The notes below the pieces were generated by a model that was given only the letters and a program-made list of their open reading frames with translations, was not told the DNA's origin and searched no databases. 64,000 nucleotides of DNA from Camelus dromedarius (Eukaryota). The position numbers and the translations under genes were made by a program. Shown here one piece after another: positions 27,680-40,632 of this stretch (the first letter of the stretch is position 1; each line of letters begins with the position of its first letter). The DNA is taken from positions 100,628,001 through 100,692,000 of the forward strand of contig NC_087472.1 of the NCBI RefSeq assembly GCF_036321535.1, given 5' to 3'.

Positions 27680-27888
27680 TTAAGCAAGCTTGGTATCTGA
27701 TTTGCTCAACTTATCAAATTTATGCACTACATAGAAAGCCTTTAAAAATTCATTGAAGTCAATGCTTCCATCTTTGTTTGAGTCCATCCTTTCGGCGAGC
27801 TCATCAAATTGGGAATCATCAATACGAACACTGTAGTGACTTTTGAAAAGTTTCCACATGCTACGAAATTCTTCCATGGAGATCAGGC
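27680..27888 (-). CDS. PPEF1: PPEF1 last coding exon: (G)LISMEEFRSMWKLF...DSNKDGSIDFNEFLKAF...SDTKLA*
   Basis: Canonical EF-hand loop DSNKDGSIDFNE. ttttag acceptor, TAA stop at 27682-27680. Confidence 0.97.
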
Positions 27889-28787
27889 CTAAAAGAATAT
27901 AGGAGAAGGCTGTGAGTGTTCATTTTAAGGCCCACCTTAGGGAGGGGTGGGGAAGCCATGCTGATTGAATAGTCCCAATTAGAAGCTCACTCACATGCCT
28001 GATCGTCAAGACATGGAAGGAAATGGAAAAGTAAGATTGTAAAAATAAGAAACAGTATGTCACTTTCAACTACCAAGTGATCCTAAAATTATTCTAAGGC
28101 TGGAATGAGTAAACAGGGAAGGAATCGGGGGAGATGGCAGACTGTGGGACTATATATAGTGTAGAAATTACAAGATCTAAAATCTAAGGGAGAAGGACAT
28201 GGAAGGAAGGCAGAGAGGAGAGCTACATCAAAGCAGAGGGAGAATAAACCCTGGGACTCAGTAAGAGGTTTGCAAACAATGGCTTTGCCATTTTGTTACA
28301 GGCAATAATTTACTTCTGTGTTTTGATTATTGATTTTTTTGGTGTTCAACGGTCTCTGCAGTTGGGGATTATTTAATGTTATTTTTACGTTTGAAAATAA
28401 TTGTGCATCAAAGCTAAGCAGAAAATTAGTTTTCATAGTCCTCAGTCCCCAAAACAGAATCAGAACTCTAGGGATGATTTGTATTTGTAGGAATAACAAT
28501 TTTGAAATGGACAGTGAATTATCTTTTCATCTGTGTGGGTGATTTATAAAAGGAGCTAATCTTGTCTGGCTAATGGATACTTAAGCCTATACCATACAGA
28601 ACTGAATACAGAGTTTGTGGACAAACTTAAAAAAACAGTAATATTAAACATGAGTTTATCCCCACTCCACCTCGTGTTAAATCAAGTTTGGATGAAGAAT
28701 GCAATGGATGAAAACAGAGTTCTGGTTTCAGAGAAACAGACTAGCCTTTGCTTTCTACTGCTATTGAACCAATCAAAGTGAATTTAC

Positions 28788-28872
28788 CTGAGTGATCAGA
28801 GTCAATGACATTAAAGATGATTTGCAGGTCAGATCGGTATCTGTACACTGTTTCAATTAAAGTAGACTGAAC
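28788..28872 (-). CDS. PPEF1: PPEF1 coding exon: VQSTLIETVYRYRSDLQIIFNVIDSDHS(G)
   Basis: ttttag acceptor, G|gtaaat donor, 85 nt. First half of the EF-hand loop DSDHSGLISMEE. Confidence 0.95.
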
Positions 28873-29104
28873 CTAAAATAAAGAAAGTGTTAAAACACAC
28901 ACAGATCAATTTTAGTAAAAGTAACAAGCACACAATGTGGTAACCAATTGAAATTATGTGATTTAAACAGAAATTTGAAAAGGCAGGCCTTCTTTGGAGG
29001 CCCGACTCTCTTAAATCAGATAAAAGACCATGCTCTTGTGTTCTGAAGAGTTTGTAGTCTCTGTTCTTCAGGGGACAGGGCCAAAGCGATTCTGGAAGCA
29101 GTAA

Positions 29105-29345
29105 ATAATAATAGCAAATATTTACTGAGAACACCTGTGTGCCAGGCTCTGCACTGAGAGCTTTCTGTGGATTATTTCATACAGTCCTCCACAACAGCCC
29201 AAGGAACAGAACTATTATTATGCCCATTTTACAGATTGGAAAATAGAGGCATAAAGTAAATTTTCCAAGGTCCACATAGCTGGTAAGTGGGATTTGATTC
29301 TTGGCCTGAAGCCAAGGTTTACGAGCTTAGTCACCACAGTAAACT
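29105..29345 (-). mobile_element. MIR SINE
   Basis: tgtgccaggc...cccattttacagattggaaaatagaggc...ccaaggtccacatagct. Confidence 0.8.
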
Positions 29346-29984
29346 GTCTCTCAAGTGAAGCCAAAAGCCTCCTTCCTGTGGCTATTTTAGTCTCCTACCG
29401 GCACTTTTACTTCCTTTCTTAACTTCCCAGCTCCCCTGCAAACAATCACCCCAGACCTAGTTCCCATCAGCTCACTTTCAGCCCACTATTATAACTAACT
29501 GCTGAGGAGTTGTTAACTAATAAGTTCTGGGGAGTCTGACAACTCTCCCTGGAGTATTCCCATTTTAATAAGGGATTCTAAATTTTAAAATTCCTTAAGG
29601 TATAAGATGTCATGTCAGTAAGTCTTTATTTACTGACAGTCAATAGAAATATGTTGAGTATTTTAAAATGGTATATTATATGAAAGAATAGATGTTACAT
29701 CTGGCCTTCTGCAGGACAGCACTTAACAATCACATAGGTGACATGGATTTGCTTGCAGAAGGTTTTTCTTCCCTTTTCATTTTTGCCTTTCCTTAGAATG
29801 CACAAATTTCCTCAACAGGCCACAATGGACCTGGGGGAATCCCCCTTAGGCCTTTCCCAAGACTGCCACACCCCTCCATTAGATGATTCCACTCCCAGCT
29901 TTTCAAGGACTAAGTAACTCTTATAAGTCGTCCAAAGGGTGTTTTGCTCCAGCCAGGTTTTAGCCAGGGCTGTGTTTCACTTGC

Positions 29985-30148
29985 CTCTTTCACAGGTTTT
30001 TGAATGTGGATATCCTGGAAGCTGGACATGTAGTCAGTATTTCCATCTTTGTCTGTAGCAACCAGATGCGAACTCAGAGATCTCCATGGTAAGTTCAGCC
30101 CCAAAACGTTCTCCATGGAAAAAGCCCACTGGCCCATAGAAAGTTTTC
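29985..30148 (-). CDS. PPEF1: PPEF1 coding exon: (G)KLSMGQWAFSMENVLGLNLPWRSLSSHLVATDKDGNTDYMSSFQDIHIQKPVKE
   Basis: Contains the LGLNLPWRSL signature. tag acceptor; ends at the non-canonical donor GAG|gcaagt. 164 nt. Confidence 0.93.
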
Positions 30149-30559
30149 CTAACAACAACAAAGCCCATATAACTGGTTGATAATCTAATAAAGAAATGCA
30201 ATCTTCTTGATTGAACAAGTGGATAGCCTGGGTGCCTCTGCTCCTGTTTAAGATCTGTCCTGCCAGGCCCCATGGCTCTGAGGGAGGAATGACCAAAGAA
30301 AGTCTTTGGGGTTCCACAGATCTTTCCCTTACTGTTATATGTAAGCAATCAGACTTTGGGTGTGATAGATTTTTTTTTCTTTTTTCTGATTAACAAAGTA
30401 AGGTATATTTATAATATAAGATTTGAAAACACAAAAGGATATAAAGGATAAAAGATCACTTTTATTTTTAACATTTTGGCATATTGTCTCACCTCTCATC
30501 CCAAGTAATATCCTTTAATCACCTAATATTACATGTAGTTTTTAAAAATATAAATACTT

Positions 30560-33540
30560 TTCCCAGAACAGATGAAAGACTCAATTTCTTTAAGCTTTGT
30601 TAAGTGGTGAATTACACTGATTGATTTTCAAATGCTAAAACAACCTACAATTCCTAGTGTTCCTAGAATAAACTAAACCCTGTTGTGATACATTAACCTC
30701 ATACTATTACTTCATCTAGGATTTTTTTCATCTAAATGTATAAGTGATACCATCCTTTAATTTTCCTTTTCCATAATGGTCTTGTTAGGTTTTGGTATCA
30801 GGATTACACTGACCTCCTAAAATCATCCTGAAAGTGTTCCCTCTATTTCTAGGAGTTGGTGTGACACTGGTTTCATTTCTTTCTTAAACGTATGTTGGAA
30901 GTTATCTGAGCTCAGAGCTTTCTTTGGGGAAAGTTTCAAAATTTCAGATCCAGTTTCTTCAATAGTTATAGGATTGTTCAGATTTTCTATTACTTTTTGT
31001 GTCAATTTTGATAAGTGTGCGTGTGTGTACATATATAGTTTAGGAATCTGTCCATTTAATCTAAAGTTTCCTTTCATTAGCAAAAGAGTTTCCATAATAC
31101 ATCTTATGATCTTTTCAATATTTGTAAAGTCTGTAGTAATGTCCCCCCTTTCAATCTGGTGTTAGTTATTTGGTCTCTCTTTCACTCCTCATGAGGGTTT
31201 TATCAACAGTTTCTTCAAAGAACCACTTTTTTTTTTTACTTTGTTGACCATAGTTTCACCTTTTAAAATATATACATATAAGGTTATAAATGCCTCTCTA
31301 ATTTGCATCCCATAAGCTTTGATATGCTTATGATATGCACTTTCATTATTCAGTTTCAGCACTATAATTTCTTCTTTGATCCAACAGTTATTTATAAGTG
31401 TATTTCCCATTTCCAAGGCCAAGGGGATTTTCTAGCTACCTTATGTTATTGAATTTTAGCTCAATTCAATATGTCAGAGAATTTATTCTGTATGTTTCCA
31501 ATACAAAATTTGTTGAGATTTGCTTTATGTTCCAGTTAATGGTCAATTTTTGTAAATATTCCATTTGTGCTTGACAAGAATGTTTATTGTGCAATATTGG
31601 ATGCAGAGTTCTATATATGTCTTTTAAGGAAAGTGTGCTAATCTTTTTGTTTGTTTATTCTTTCAGTTCCTGAGAGAGGAATATTAAAATCTCCCACTAC
31701 GATGGTAGATTTTTCTACTTCTATTTGTTCAGTCCATTTTTGTTTTACACATTTTTGAAGAAAGCTACATTAATAGGTGCATACACATTTATTCATTAAA
31801 CACAATTTTATCATTAAAAAGTGGTCCCTTTATATTTCTAGTAATGTATATATCTCCTTGAAGTCTACTTTGACTGATGTTAATAGAGCTGTTCCCACTT
31901 TGTTAGTATTTTCACGTTGTATCTTTTTCTAAATTTTATTTTCAGTGTTTTACACAGATCTTCCTTGACTTAAAATGGGGTTACATTCCAATAAACCTAC
32001 CATAAGTTGAAGATATCATAAGTAAAAACTGCATTTAATACACCTAACCTATCGAATAGCCTAGCTTAGCCTAGCCTAACTTAAATGTGCTCAGAACACT
32101 TACATTAGCCTAGAGTTGGGCAAAATCATCTAACACAAAGCCTGTTTTATAGTAAAGTGTTGACTATCTCATGTAGTTTATTGAATACTGTACTGAAAGT
32201 AAAAGACAGAATGGTTGTATGGGTACATAATGGTTATAAGTATATTGGTTGTTTACCCTCATCATCTTGCGACTGACTGGGAGCTATGCTCACTGCTACT
32301 GCCCAGCATCATGAGAGAGCATCACACCACATACTGCTAGTCTAGGAAAAGATCAAAATTCAAAATTCGAAGTATGATTTCTACTCAATCCCTATGGCTT
32401 TCACACCATTTTAAAGTAAAAAATCGTTAAGTCGAACCATCATAAATTGGGGACCATCTGTGTCTATGATTCCACTGTCTACTGGCTTCTGTTGCAACTG
32501 TTGAGAAGCTTGATGTCACTGTAATTGTTGTCTCTGTAGCAATGTGTGTTTCCTCTGCTTGCGTTTAAGATTTTCTCTTTGCTGTTGGTGCTCTGCAGTT
32601 TCACAAGTGTGTGTGTGGGTGTGAATTTAATTTTATTTATCCTTTTGAGAATCACTATTCCTCCTTATCTGTGAATTTGAGCCTTTCATCAGTTCTGAAA
32701 AAGTCTCAGCCATTATCATGTCAAATATATGCTCTCTTACATTCTCTCCTCCTGGGACCCTGATTAGAAATATGTTAAAGTTCCTAATTTTACTGCCCAT
32801 AACTCTTAATCTTTCTAATTCTTTTTTAAGCAGTGTCTAATCTTCTGTTTAACCCACTCATTATGTTTTTTAACAAGTCATTGTATATCTATATAAAATA
32901 AAAATGGTTCTTCTTTAAACCATTTTTCAAATGCATGTTTATGATTTCATCCTCATTTCTTTAAACATTTTCTTAGTAATTTTAAAATTTTGTATTTGAT
33001 AATTCCAATATCTGATGTCCTTGAGAAACTAAATCTGTTTCTTCTTGTTTCTGCTGACTCTCACTCATGGTAGCCTGTCTCCTTGTTTGTTTGGTGATCT
33101 TTGGTTGTAAGCTCATGTTAGCTGATCTTAATCTCTGGATATACTAGTGGCCAAAATTAGGGATGATTTCCATGAAGATGTATTTGCATTTTCTTGCCAG
33201 GAGTCACGGGTACTTCAGACCTAGGAATACTTTAGCCACTTCGAGGGTCTAGGCTTAATGTTGGAAGTCTCAAAGTCAGCTTATCCATCCTTCTGCTATC
33301 ATATGGTTTAGTCTCAGGATAATTGCTACACCAATATTAGCATTAGCCCCCAGGACAATCTAGCCTTTTGTGCTTGCTTGCTGCTCCGTGATCCCACATG
33401 TGGTTTCAAAAATCTTTTAATGGGGAGAGGAAATGCAGCCTAGAGAGTTCTCTTACCGACAGGCTGGTAAATTCATTAAAATTCTGTATCCTCTAGAACG
33501 TAGCTGTTTCTTAACAGGAGGGCCTTCCAAGGTGTCTAGT
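30560..33540 (-). mobile_element. Old LINE-1 (L1M/HAL1-like) fragments, sense to PPEF1
   Basis: T-rich on the + strand; minus-strand ORF fragments resemble ORF2 (IENLNNPITIEE, LINNCWIKEEI). Confidence 0.75.
31955..32460. mobile_element. Tigger-family MITE (MER47/Tigger5-like) nested in an old L1
   Basis: Termini cagatcttccttgactta / taaattggggaccatctg; internal tagcttagcctagccta signature. Confidence 0.8.
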
Positions 33541-33790
33541 CTGACATACTACCAGAATAGAAGTCTAATTTAGGGTTGTTGTTGTTTATTTTAAGTTGAA
33601 ATAAGCTTACTGAAAAGGAGGAATATGCTTTATTCCAAGCATATAATGGATTATATTTTACTTTTATCTCTATCATTCTTTGCTGGTAAAAGTAGAAAAC
33701 TGAAATCTTAAGGAAGCAAAGAAAATAAACTAATCGGTACGTAACCAGGTATGTTAAGAAATGGTAAGCATTATATAATTTTTTTTTTAC

Positions 33791-33897
33791 CTGATTTATT
33801 GCGGTCTTGAAGTTGGAAAGCACGAATGAGGTCAGTTTTTCGTGAAATCATTCTCTCTTTTAACATCCTGATGGCACTACTTTCAATAGCATTCACC
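33791..33897 (-). CDS. PPEF1: PPEF1 coding exon: (R)VNAIESSAIRMLKERMISRKTDLIRAFQLQDRNKS(G)
   Basis: tag acceptor, G|gtaaaa donor, 107 nt, phase 2 to 1. Begins the first EF-hand-like loop. Confidence 0.94.
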
Positions 33898-34429
33898 CTA
33901 TGTTAAGAAAACAATGATTAGGTGAAAGTTATATAAACCATACTGTTCTGTTTCATTTTAATATGCTTTTTGCCACTTACCAGTATCTACATTAAAGGAA
34001 TTGCCTAACTTCACACATATTTCCAGGTGGTGAATGTGTTTATATGTATGCATGTGCATGTTTTGTGAAATTTTAAAAGGATTACCACTGGTCTTTTCTT
34101 TATGATTTCAAAGATTCATGTGAACAATTAGTGTCTGAGAATATCCAAGATAAAAAGGAAAATAAAAAGGGACTTTCTATAGCAGATATTGAAAATTACC
34201 TTAAAGTTACTTAAACAAACAGCAGATATTGACACAAGAGAAGACAGATACATACATGAGTAGAATATAATAGAAATTTCATAAATTTAGTGAACTATAT
34301 CTGGGAATAATACATATGACAAAGGAGGTATTAAAATTCAGTAGAAAAGGACAATTTTGAAAAATAGTGCTAGCATAATTAACTAAATGTCTGGATGCTA
34401 AACTTCTACCTCAGACTACTAACAAAAAT

Positions 34430-37400
34430 AAATTCAAAATAAAGGAAGAACAGAGGAATAAAGTAGTCATGAGTCACATACATCCCAAAAAAGCAAAATG
34501 GCGGATGTAAATCCAACCACATCAATAATAACATCAAATGTGAATGGATTAAATGAATAAAAAAGCAGAGATTTTGAGACTGGATTAAAAACATAAGACC
34601 CAACTATATGTTGTCTATAAGAGATACACTTTAACTTCAAAGATACAAAGAGTTTGAAAGGAAAAGGTATAACATGCAAACAGCAACCATAAGAGAGTGG
34701 CCATACTAATAGCAGACAAAATATACTTTAAAACAAAAGCTGTTATTAGAGATAAATAGGAATATTTTGTAGTGATAAAAGAACCAAGTCAAGAAGATAA
34801 AACAATTATAAAACATATATGAACCTACTGACAGAGCCCAAAACTACATGAAGCAAAAATGGAAAGAAGTGAGGGGGGGAAATAGACAACTAAACAATAA
34901 TGATTGGGGGCTTCAATGCTTTACGTTCAATCATGGATAGAACAACTGGGCAGAAAATCAAAACGGATATAAAAGACTTGAATAGCATTATGAACCAACT
35001 AGACCTAACAGATTTGTATAAAACACTCCACTTAACACCAGCAGAATATATATTCTTCTAAAGCACATATGGAATATTCTCCACAATAGACCCTATGTTA
35101 GGCTATAACATAAGTCTCAACAGATGTAAAATGATTAAAACCATACAAAGTATCTTTTCTGACTACAAAAAAAAAAAAACCTGGAGATTAATAACAAAGA
35201 AATTAGGAAAATCACAAATATGAGGAAATTAAACAACACAATCCTAAATAATCAATGGGTCAAAGAAAAAAATCACAATAGAAATACAAAATACTTTAAA
35301 ACGAATGAAAATGTAAATACAACATGGCAAAACATATGAAATACAATTAAAGCAATGCTTAGAGGAAAATTTTTAGCTATAAATGCCTATATTAAAAAAG
35401 AAGAAAGATATCAAATCATAAACATATTATCTATCTTCAAAAACTAGAAAGAAAAGAGTAAACTAAAACCTAAAGCAAACACAAAGGTGGAAGTAATAAA
35501 GAACAGAGGAGAAATAAATGAAATAGAGAAATTAAAAAAATAGAAAAAAATTTAATTGGTTCTTTGAAAAGATCAATAAAATTGACAAACTTAGCTAGAC
35601 TGGCCAAAAAAAAAAAAAAAAGATCCAAATTTCTAAAATAAAGTGATTCTAGAAAATCAAAAACAAAAGAGGGGTCATCACATCTGACCTTACAGAAATA
35701 AAAGGGATTATAAGGGAACACTATGAACAATTGTATGCCAAAAAATTAGATAACCTAGATGAAACGGCAAATTCCTATAAAGATACAAATGGCCAAAATT
35801 AGCTAAGGAGAAGTAGAAAACTGAACATAGCTGGAACAAGGAAAAAGATTGAATAATTAATCAAACAACTTCTCACAAAGAAAAGCTCAGGACCAGATGG
35901 CTTCACTGGTGAATTCTACCAAACATTTAAAGAAGAACTGACACCAATCATTCACAAACTCTTCCAAAAAATAGAAAAGGTAAGAATACTACCCATCTTT
36001 TTATATAAAGTTAGTACTACACCATGATACCAAAACCAGACAAAGATCACAAGAAAACTACAGCCAATAACTCTTATGAATATAGGTGGAAAATCCTCAA
36101 CAAAATACTAGCAAACTACATCCGGCAACATATAAAAAGAGTTATACATCATTAACAAGTGAAGCGGGATTTACCCCAGGAATGCAAGGTTTAATATCTG
36201 AAATTAATCAAGGACAAAATCCACATGATCATTTCAAAATATTCAGAAAAAGTATTTGACAAATTCCAACACTCTTTATGATAAAAACAGTCAAAAAACT
36301 AGGCATGGAAGGGAACTTTCTCAACCTGATAAGGAGCATCTACAAAAAACACATAACTAATAAACTTAATGGTGAAAGAATGAATATGTCTCTTTTGAGA
36401 TCAGAAACAAGACAAGGAAATCTGCTCTCGGCACTTCTATTCAATATTGGTCTGGAGGTTCTAGCCAAGCAGTTAAGCAAGAAAAGGAAGTAAAAGGTAT
36501 CCAGATTAGAAAGGAAGAAGTAAAACTATCCCTATTCACAGATAATATAATCTTGTACATAGAAAATCCCATGGAATCCACTAAAAACTATTAGAACTCT
36601 GTATAACAACTATACTTCAATTAAATAATAAATTTTAAAAAACTATTAGAACTAATAAAGAAGTTCATTAAGACTGCACAACATACAAAAATCAACTGTA
36701 TTTCTATACACTAGAAATGAAAAATCCAAAAATGTAATTAAGAAAACAATTCTACTTACTACTCACCAAAAAGGAATAAAATATTTACAAGTGAATTTAA
36801 CAAAAGAAGTCCAAGACTTGCACCTTGAAAACACAAAATATTTTTCAAGGAAATTAACGAAGATCAAAATAAAAACAATAATATAGATTGGAAAATGTAA
36901 TACTGCTAAGATGGAAATAGCCCCAAATTGATCTACAGATTCAAAATAATACCTATCAAAATCCCAGCTAGCATTTTTTGGAGAAGTTGACAAGCTGATT
37001 CTAAAATTCACATGGAAAATAATCTTAAAAAAGAACCAAGTTCAACTCACATTTTCCCATTTCAAAACTTACCAAAAAGCTATAGTAATCAGGACAGTGT
37101 GTTATTCACATTAGGATTAGACATACAGGTCAAGGAAGTACAATTTAAAGTCCAGAAATAAGCCCCCACATTTATGGTCAATTGATTTTTGAGAAGTGTG
37201 CCAAGATAGTCAAGTAGGGGAAGCACAGTCTTTACGACTGATGGTGCTGGACAACTGAATATGTACACGTGTAAAAGAATAAAATTAGACCCCTACCTCA
37301 CACCATATATAAAAATTAACTCAAAATGGATCAGATACCCAAATGTAAGAGAATAATCTATAAAAATAATCTATAAAATTCTTAGATGAAAATATAGGAA

Positions 37401-38490
37401 TAAATCCTCATGACTCTAAGTTAGGCAATCATTTTTTAGATACAACACCACAAGCAGAAAAGCAAAAATAGATATATTGGATTTCATCAAAATTTAAAAC
37501 TTTTGAACTGCAAATAATACCATTAAGAAAGCAAAAAGATATCCCACAAAATGGGAGAAACTATTTGCAAAACATATATCTAATAAGTGACATGAATATA
37601 GGATAAATAATTAACTTTTACAATGCAATAATAAAAAGAGTAATAACTCAATTTAAAATATTTCTCCAAAGAAGATATACAAATGTCCAATAAGCACATG
37701 AAAAGACCCTCAATATCACTGGTCATGAAGGAAATGCAAACCAAAACCAAGAGATTCTAGCTTACATCCACTAAGTTGGCTATAATCAAAAAGACAGATC
37801 ATAACAAGGGTTGTCAAGGATGTGGAGAAATTGGAATCCTCAAACATTGTTAATGGGAATGTAAAATTGTGCATCCACTTGGGAAAAAAAGCTTGCAAGC
37901 TCCTCAAAATGTTAAACATAAAGTTACCAGATAATCCAGCAATTCCACTTTCAGGTATATACTTTAGAGAAATGAAAACAAATGTACACACAAAACCTTG
38001 TCTGTCAATGTTCAAAACAGCATTATTCTTAATAGCCAGAAAGTAGAAACAACCCACATTTCTATTAGTTGATGAATGGACACAGAAAATGAGGTCTATT
38101 GATACAATGGAATTTTACTCAGCCATAAAAAGGACTGAAGTACTGATACATGTTATGACATGAATGAACCTCAAAAGCACTGTGGTAAGTAAAAGAAGCT
38201 AGTCAGAAAAGACCACATGTTGTGTAATCCCATTTACATGACATATCCAGAATAGGCAAATCTATAGAGACAAAGTAGATTAGTGGTTGAGTGTTATGAC
38301 AGGGGGAGGTGATAATAATGAATGACTGCTAATGGATGCACGTTCTCTTTTTAAGATGAAACAAATGTTCATAAATTAGATTATGGTGATGGTTACACAA
38401 CTCTGTAAATATATTAAATATCATTGAATTGTATTCTTTAACTTGGTAAACTTTATGATATATAAATTATGTCTCAAAAAAGCTGTTAAA
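34430..38490 (+). mobile_element. L1MB-like LINE-1 (ORF2 to 3' end), antisense in a PPEF1 intron
   Basis: Degenerate ORF2 throughout; the 3' end reads ggtgatggttacacaactctgtaaatat...aaaaagctgttaaa. Confidence 0.9.
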
Positions 38491-38971
38491 GTAAATTTTA
38501 TATCTATAATTTGTGTGAAGACATTTTTCTACCAAAGGTAAAAATCCAACAGTTATAATGAAATTATAAAATTATAAAAAACTAAAGCAAAATCAAGACA
38601 CCAACAAAACATATGCAACATGCCCATAAAAATCCTCTATCCCTCATATGCAAAGAATTCCTATAAAAATATCAGAAAATAACAAACAACCCAATATAAA
38701 ATGGGGGAATATTATAAACAAGAAATTCAAAGAAGAGAAAATGCAATGTCCAAAAACATAAGATGAGCAAACTCAGCTGTCTAAAAAATGCAAATTAAAA
38801 CAATGAAATTTATCATTTTTATCCATCAGTTTGGCAAAAAGTAAGATGAGTAATAATACCTAAGACTAATTAGGATATGGAGAAAGTGATACATTGCTTT
38901 CCAAATTGTTAATTGTTACAACTCTTTTGGAGTATCTAGTAAAATTTTAAACACGTAAATCTCACATTGTG

Positions 38972-39380
38972 GGGGTTGAGCCAAGATGGTGGAGTAGACA
39001 GACTCACAGCTCACCCTCTCCCACAAATACACCAAGAATTACATCTACAAACCCACTGAATCGCACAGAACACCTACTGAACTCTGGCAGAGTGTCTCTT
39101 GTTTCAAAACACAGGAGGATTCTCACAAAATCCGATAAACAAGAAGCTTATACTGTATAGAACAGGGAACTATATTCAATATCTTGTAGTAACTTATGGA
39201 AAATGAATATGAAAATGAATATATGTATGTTCCTATATGACTGAAGTATTGTGCTGTACACCAGAAATTGACACAATATTGTAAACTGACTATACTTCAA
39301 TAAAGATATATATATAAATTTAAAAAAACAAAGCCAAGTAATAGTCTATTAAGATTTATTTCAGGTAAAAAAAAAAAACC
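38972..39380 (+). mobile_element. Internally deleted or spliced 'mini-L1': ~163 bp of L1 5' end joined to an L1 3' UTR tail and poly(A)
   Basis: The 5' part resembles 7257-7380 (caagatgg...gctcacc..ctcccacaaa.ac...cctactgaactctggcaga). The 3' part resembles the L1 tails elsewhere in the window. Degenerate TSD cacat(t/c)gtg. Confidence 0.85.
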
Positions 39381-40489
39381 ACCCACATCGTGAAATCTTA
39401 CGTAAAAAAAGCACTAAAAACTTATGTATATATGTATGTAACACACACAGAGGAATGTTTGTTACAGTACTGCTTTTAAGTACAAAACCCTGGAACCAGT
39501 CTGGATGGCTATCAATTGAATAAGATTTAGTTATCCATAACTGTTATGGCAAATGTATACTACAGAATATTATGCATCTACTAAAAAGAATGAGTTAGGT
39601 CTATACGTACTAACTTGGAGTGGTGTTCACGATATAATCTTTAGGAAAAGAGTTGCAGAATAGAGGGTGCAGTGTGATTCTATCTTTGTAAAAAATAATG
39701 TGTGTATGCTGTTTACTGCCTTTCTCCTCCCCTGGGATATGCTTTGATGAAGGAGAAGATTTTTGCCTATTTTGTTTACTGCCTAGAATAGTGTCAGACA
39801 CCAGTAGCAGGTGCTCAACATTTTTTTTAATTCAATGACTGGGCAATTACTTGTCTATTTTTGTAGGAGCAAGAAGAGAGCGGAAGGGTCCCCTCCAGGC
39901 TATTAATCTCAGTTGCCTCTGAGAAGTTGCAGGAGAGAAGATCATTAACATTTTCTTTATACATCTTTGTTTTGTCTCACTTGTTAACAATAAACATATT
40001 CACTTTATAATAAAAAAAGTATTGAAAAGATCATGTTAAAGGGAGAAAAGGAAGATAAGCTATGAATGCCATCACATGGAGAGACACACTCAACTCTTGT
40101 CACATACACCTCTAGGTAGAGGTGAGACCAAGAGGCAAGAGCAGACGGGGCTGTTTCAGGGCAGAGAAAGCTGGAGCTTACGGGATGAGGTGGGTACAGA
40201 GACTTTCTTTTCCTTACATTCAGTTAGGGCCTGTTCGTGCATTCTGACTGCTTTATCCATCTAAAGAGATGTATCAATTGAAAATTGCTGTTCTTGGTTT
40301 AATGAGCACATTCACAACTGGTGAATGGAACTATTTCCATTTTGTTTATACCAATGAGTAACCAATAAGTAGCTTTCTTCACTCACAGTCACTCTGGTTC
40401 TACTTCCAGACTTCACTCTTAGTCACTCTGGACCGCTTCTACTTGGTCACCAGTACCAGAGCTCAGAATTCTCCTTAGAGTATACACAC

Positions 40490-40632
40490 CTTTGGTAAAG
40501 AGGCCTCAAGCACGTTGCCTTAGTTATTTGATACTGGAAAAATCGGGGGGTGGTACCAGAACTCATTCTGATGTAAGCTCCTCGATTGCTACCTTCTTCA
40601 TAATAATTAGATGCCGAAAATACAGTAATAAC
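40490..40632 (-). CDS. PPEF1: PPEF1 coding exon: [47 protein letters not shown](R)
   Basis: Contains the FSASNY (SAxNY) motif. ctag acceptor, AG|gtgtgt donor, 143 nt. Confidence 0.96.
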
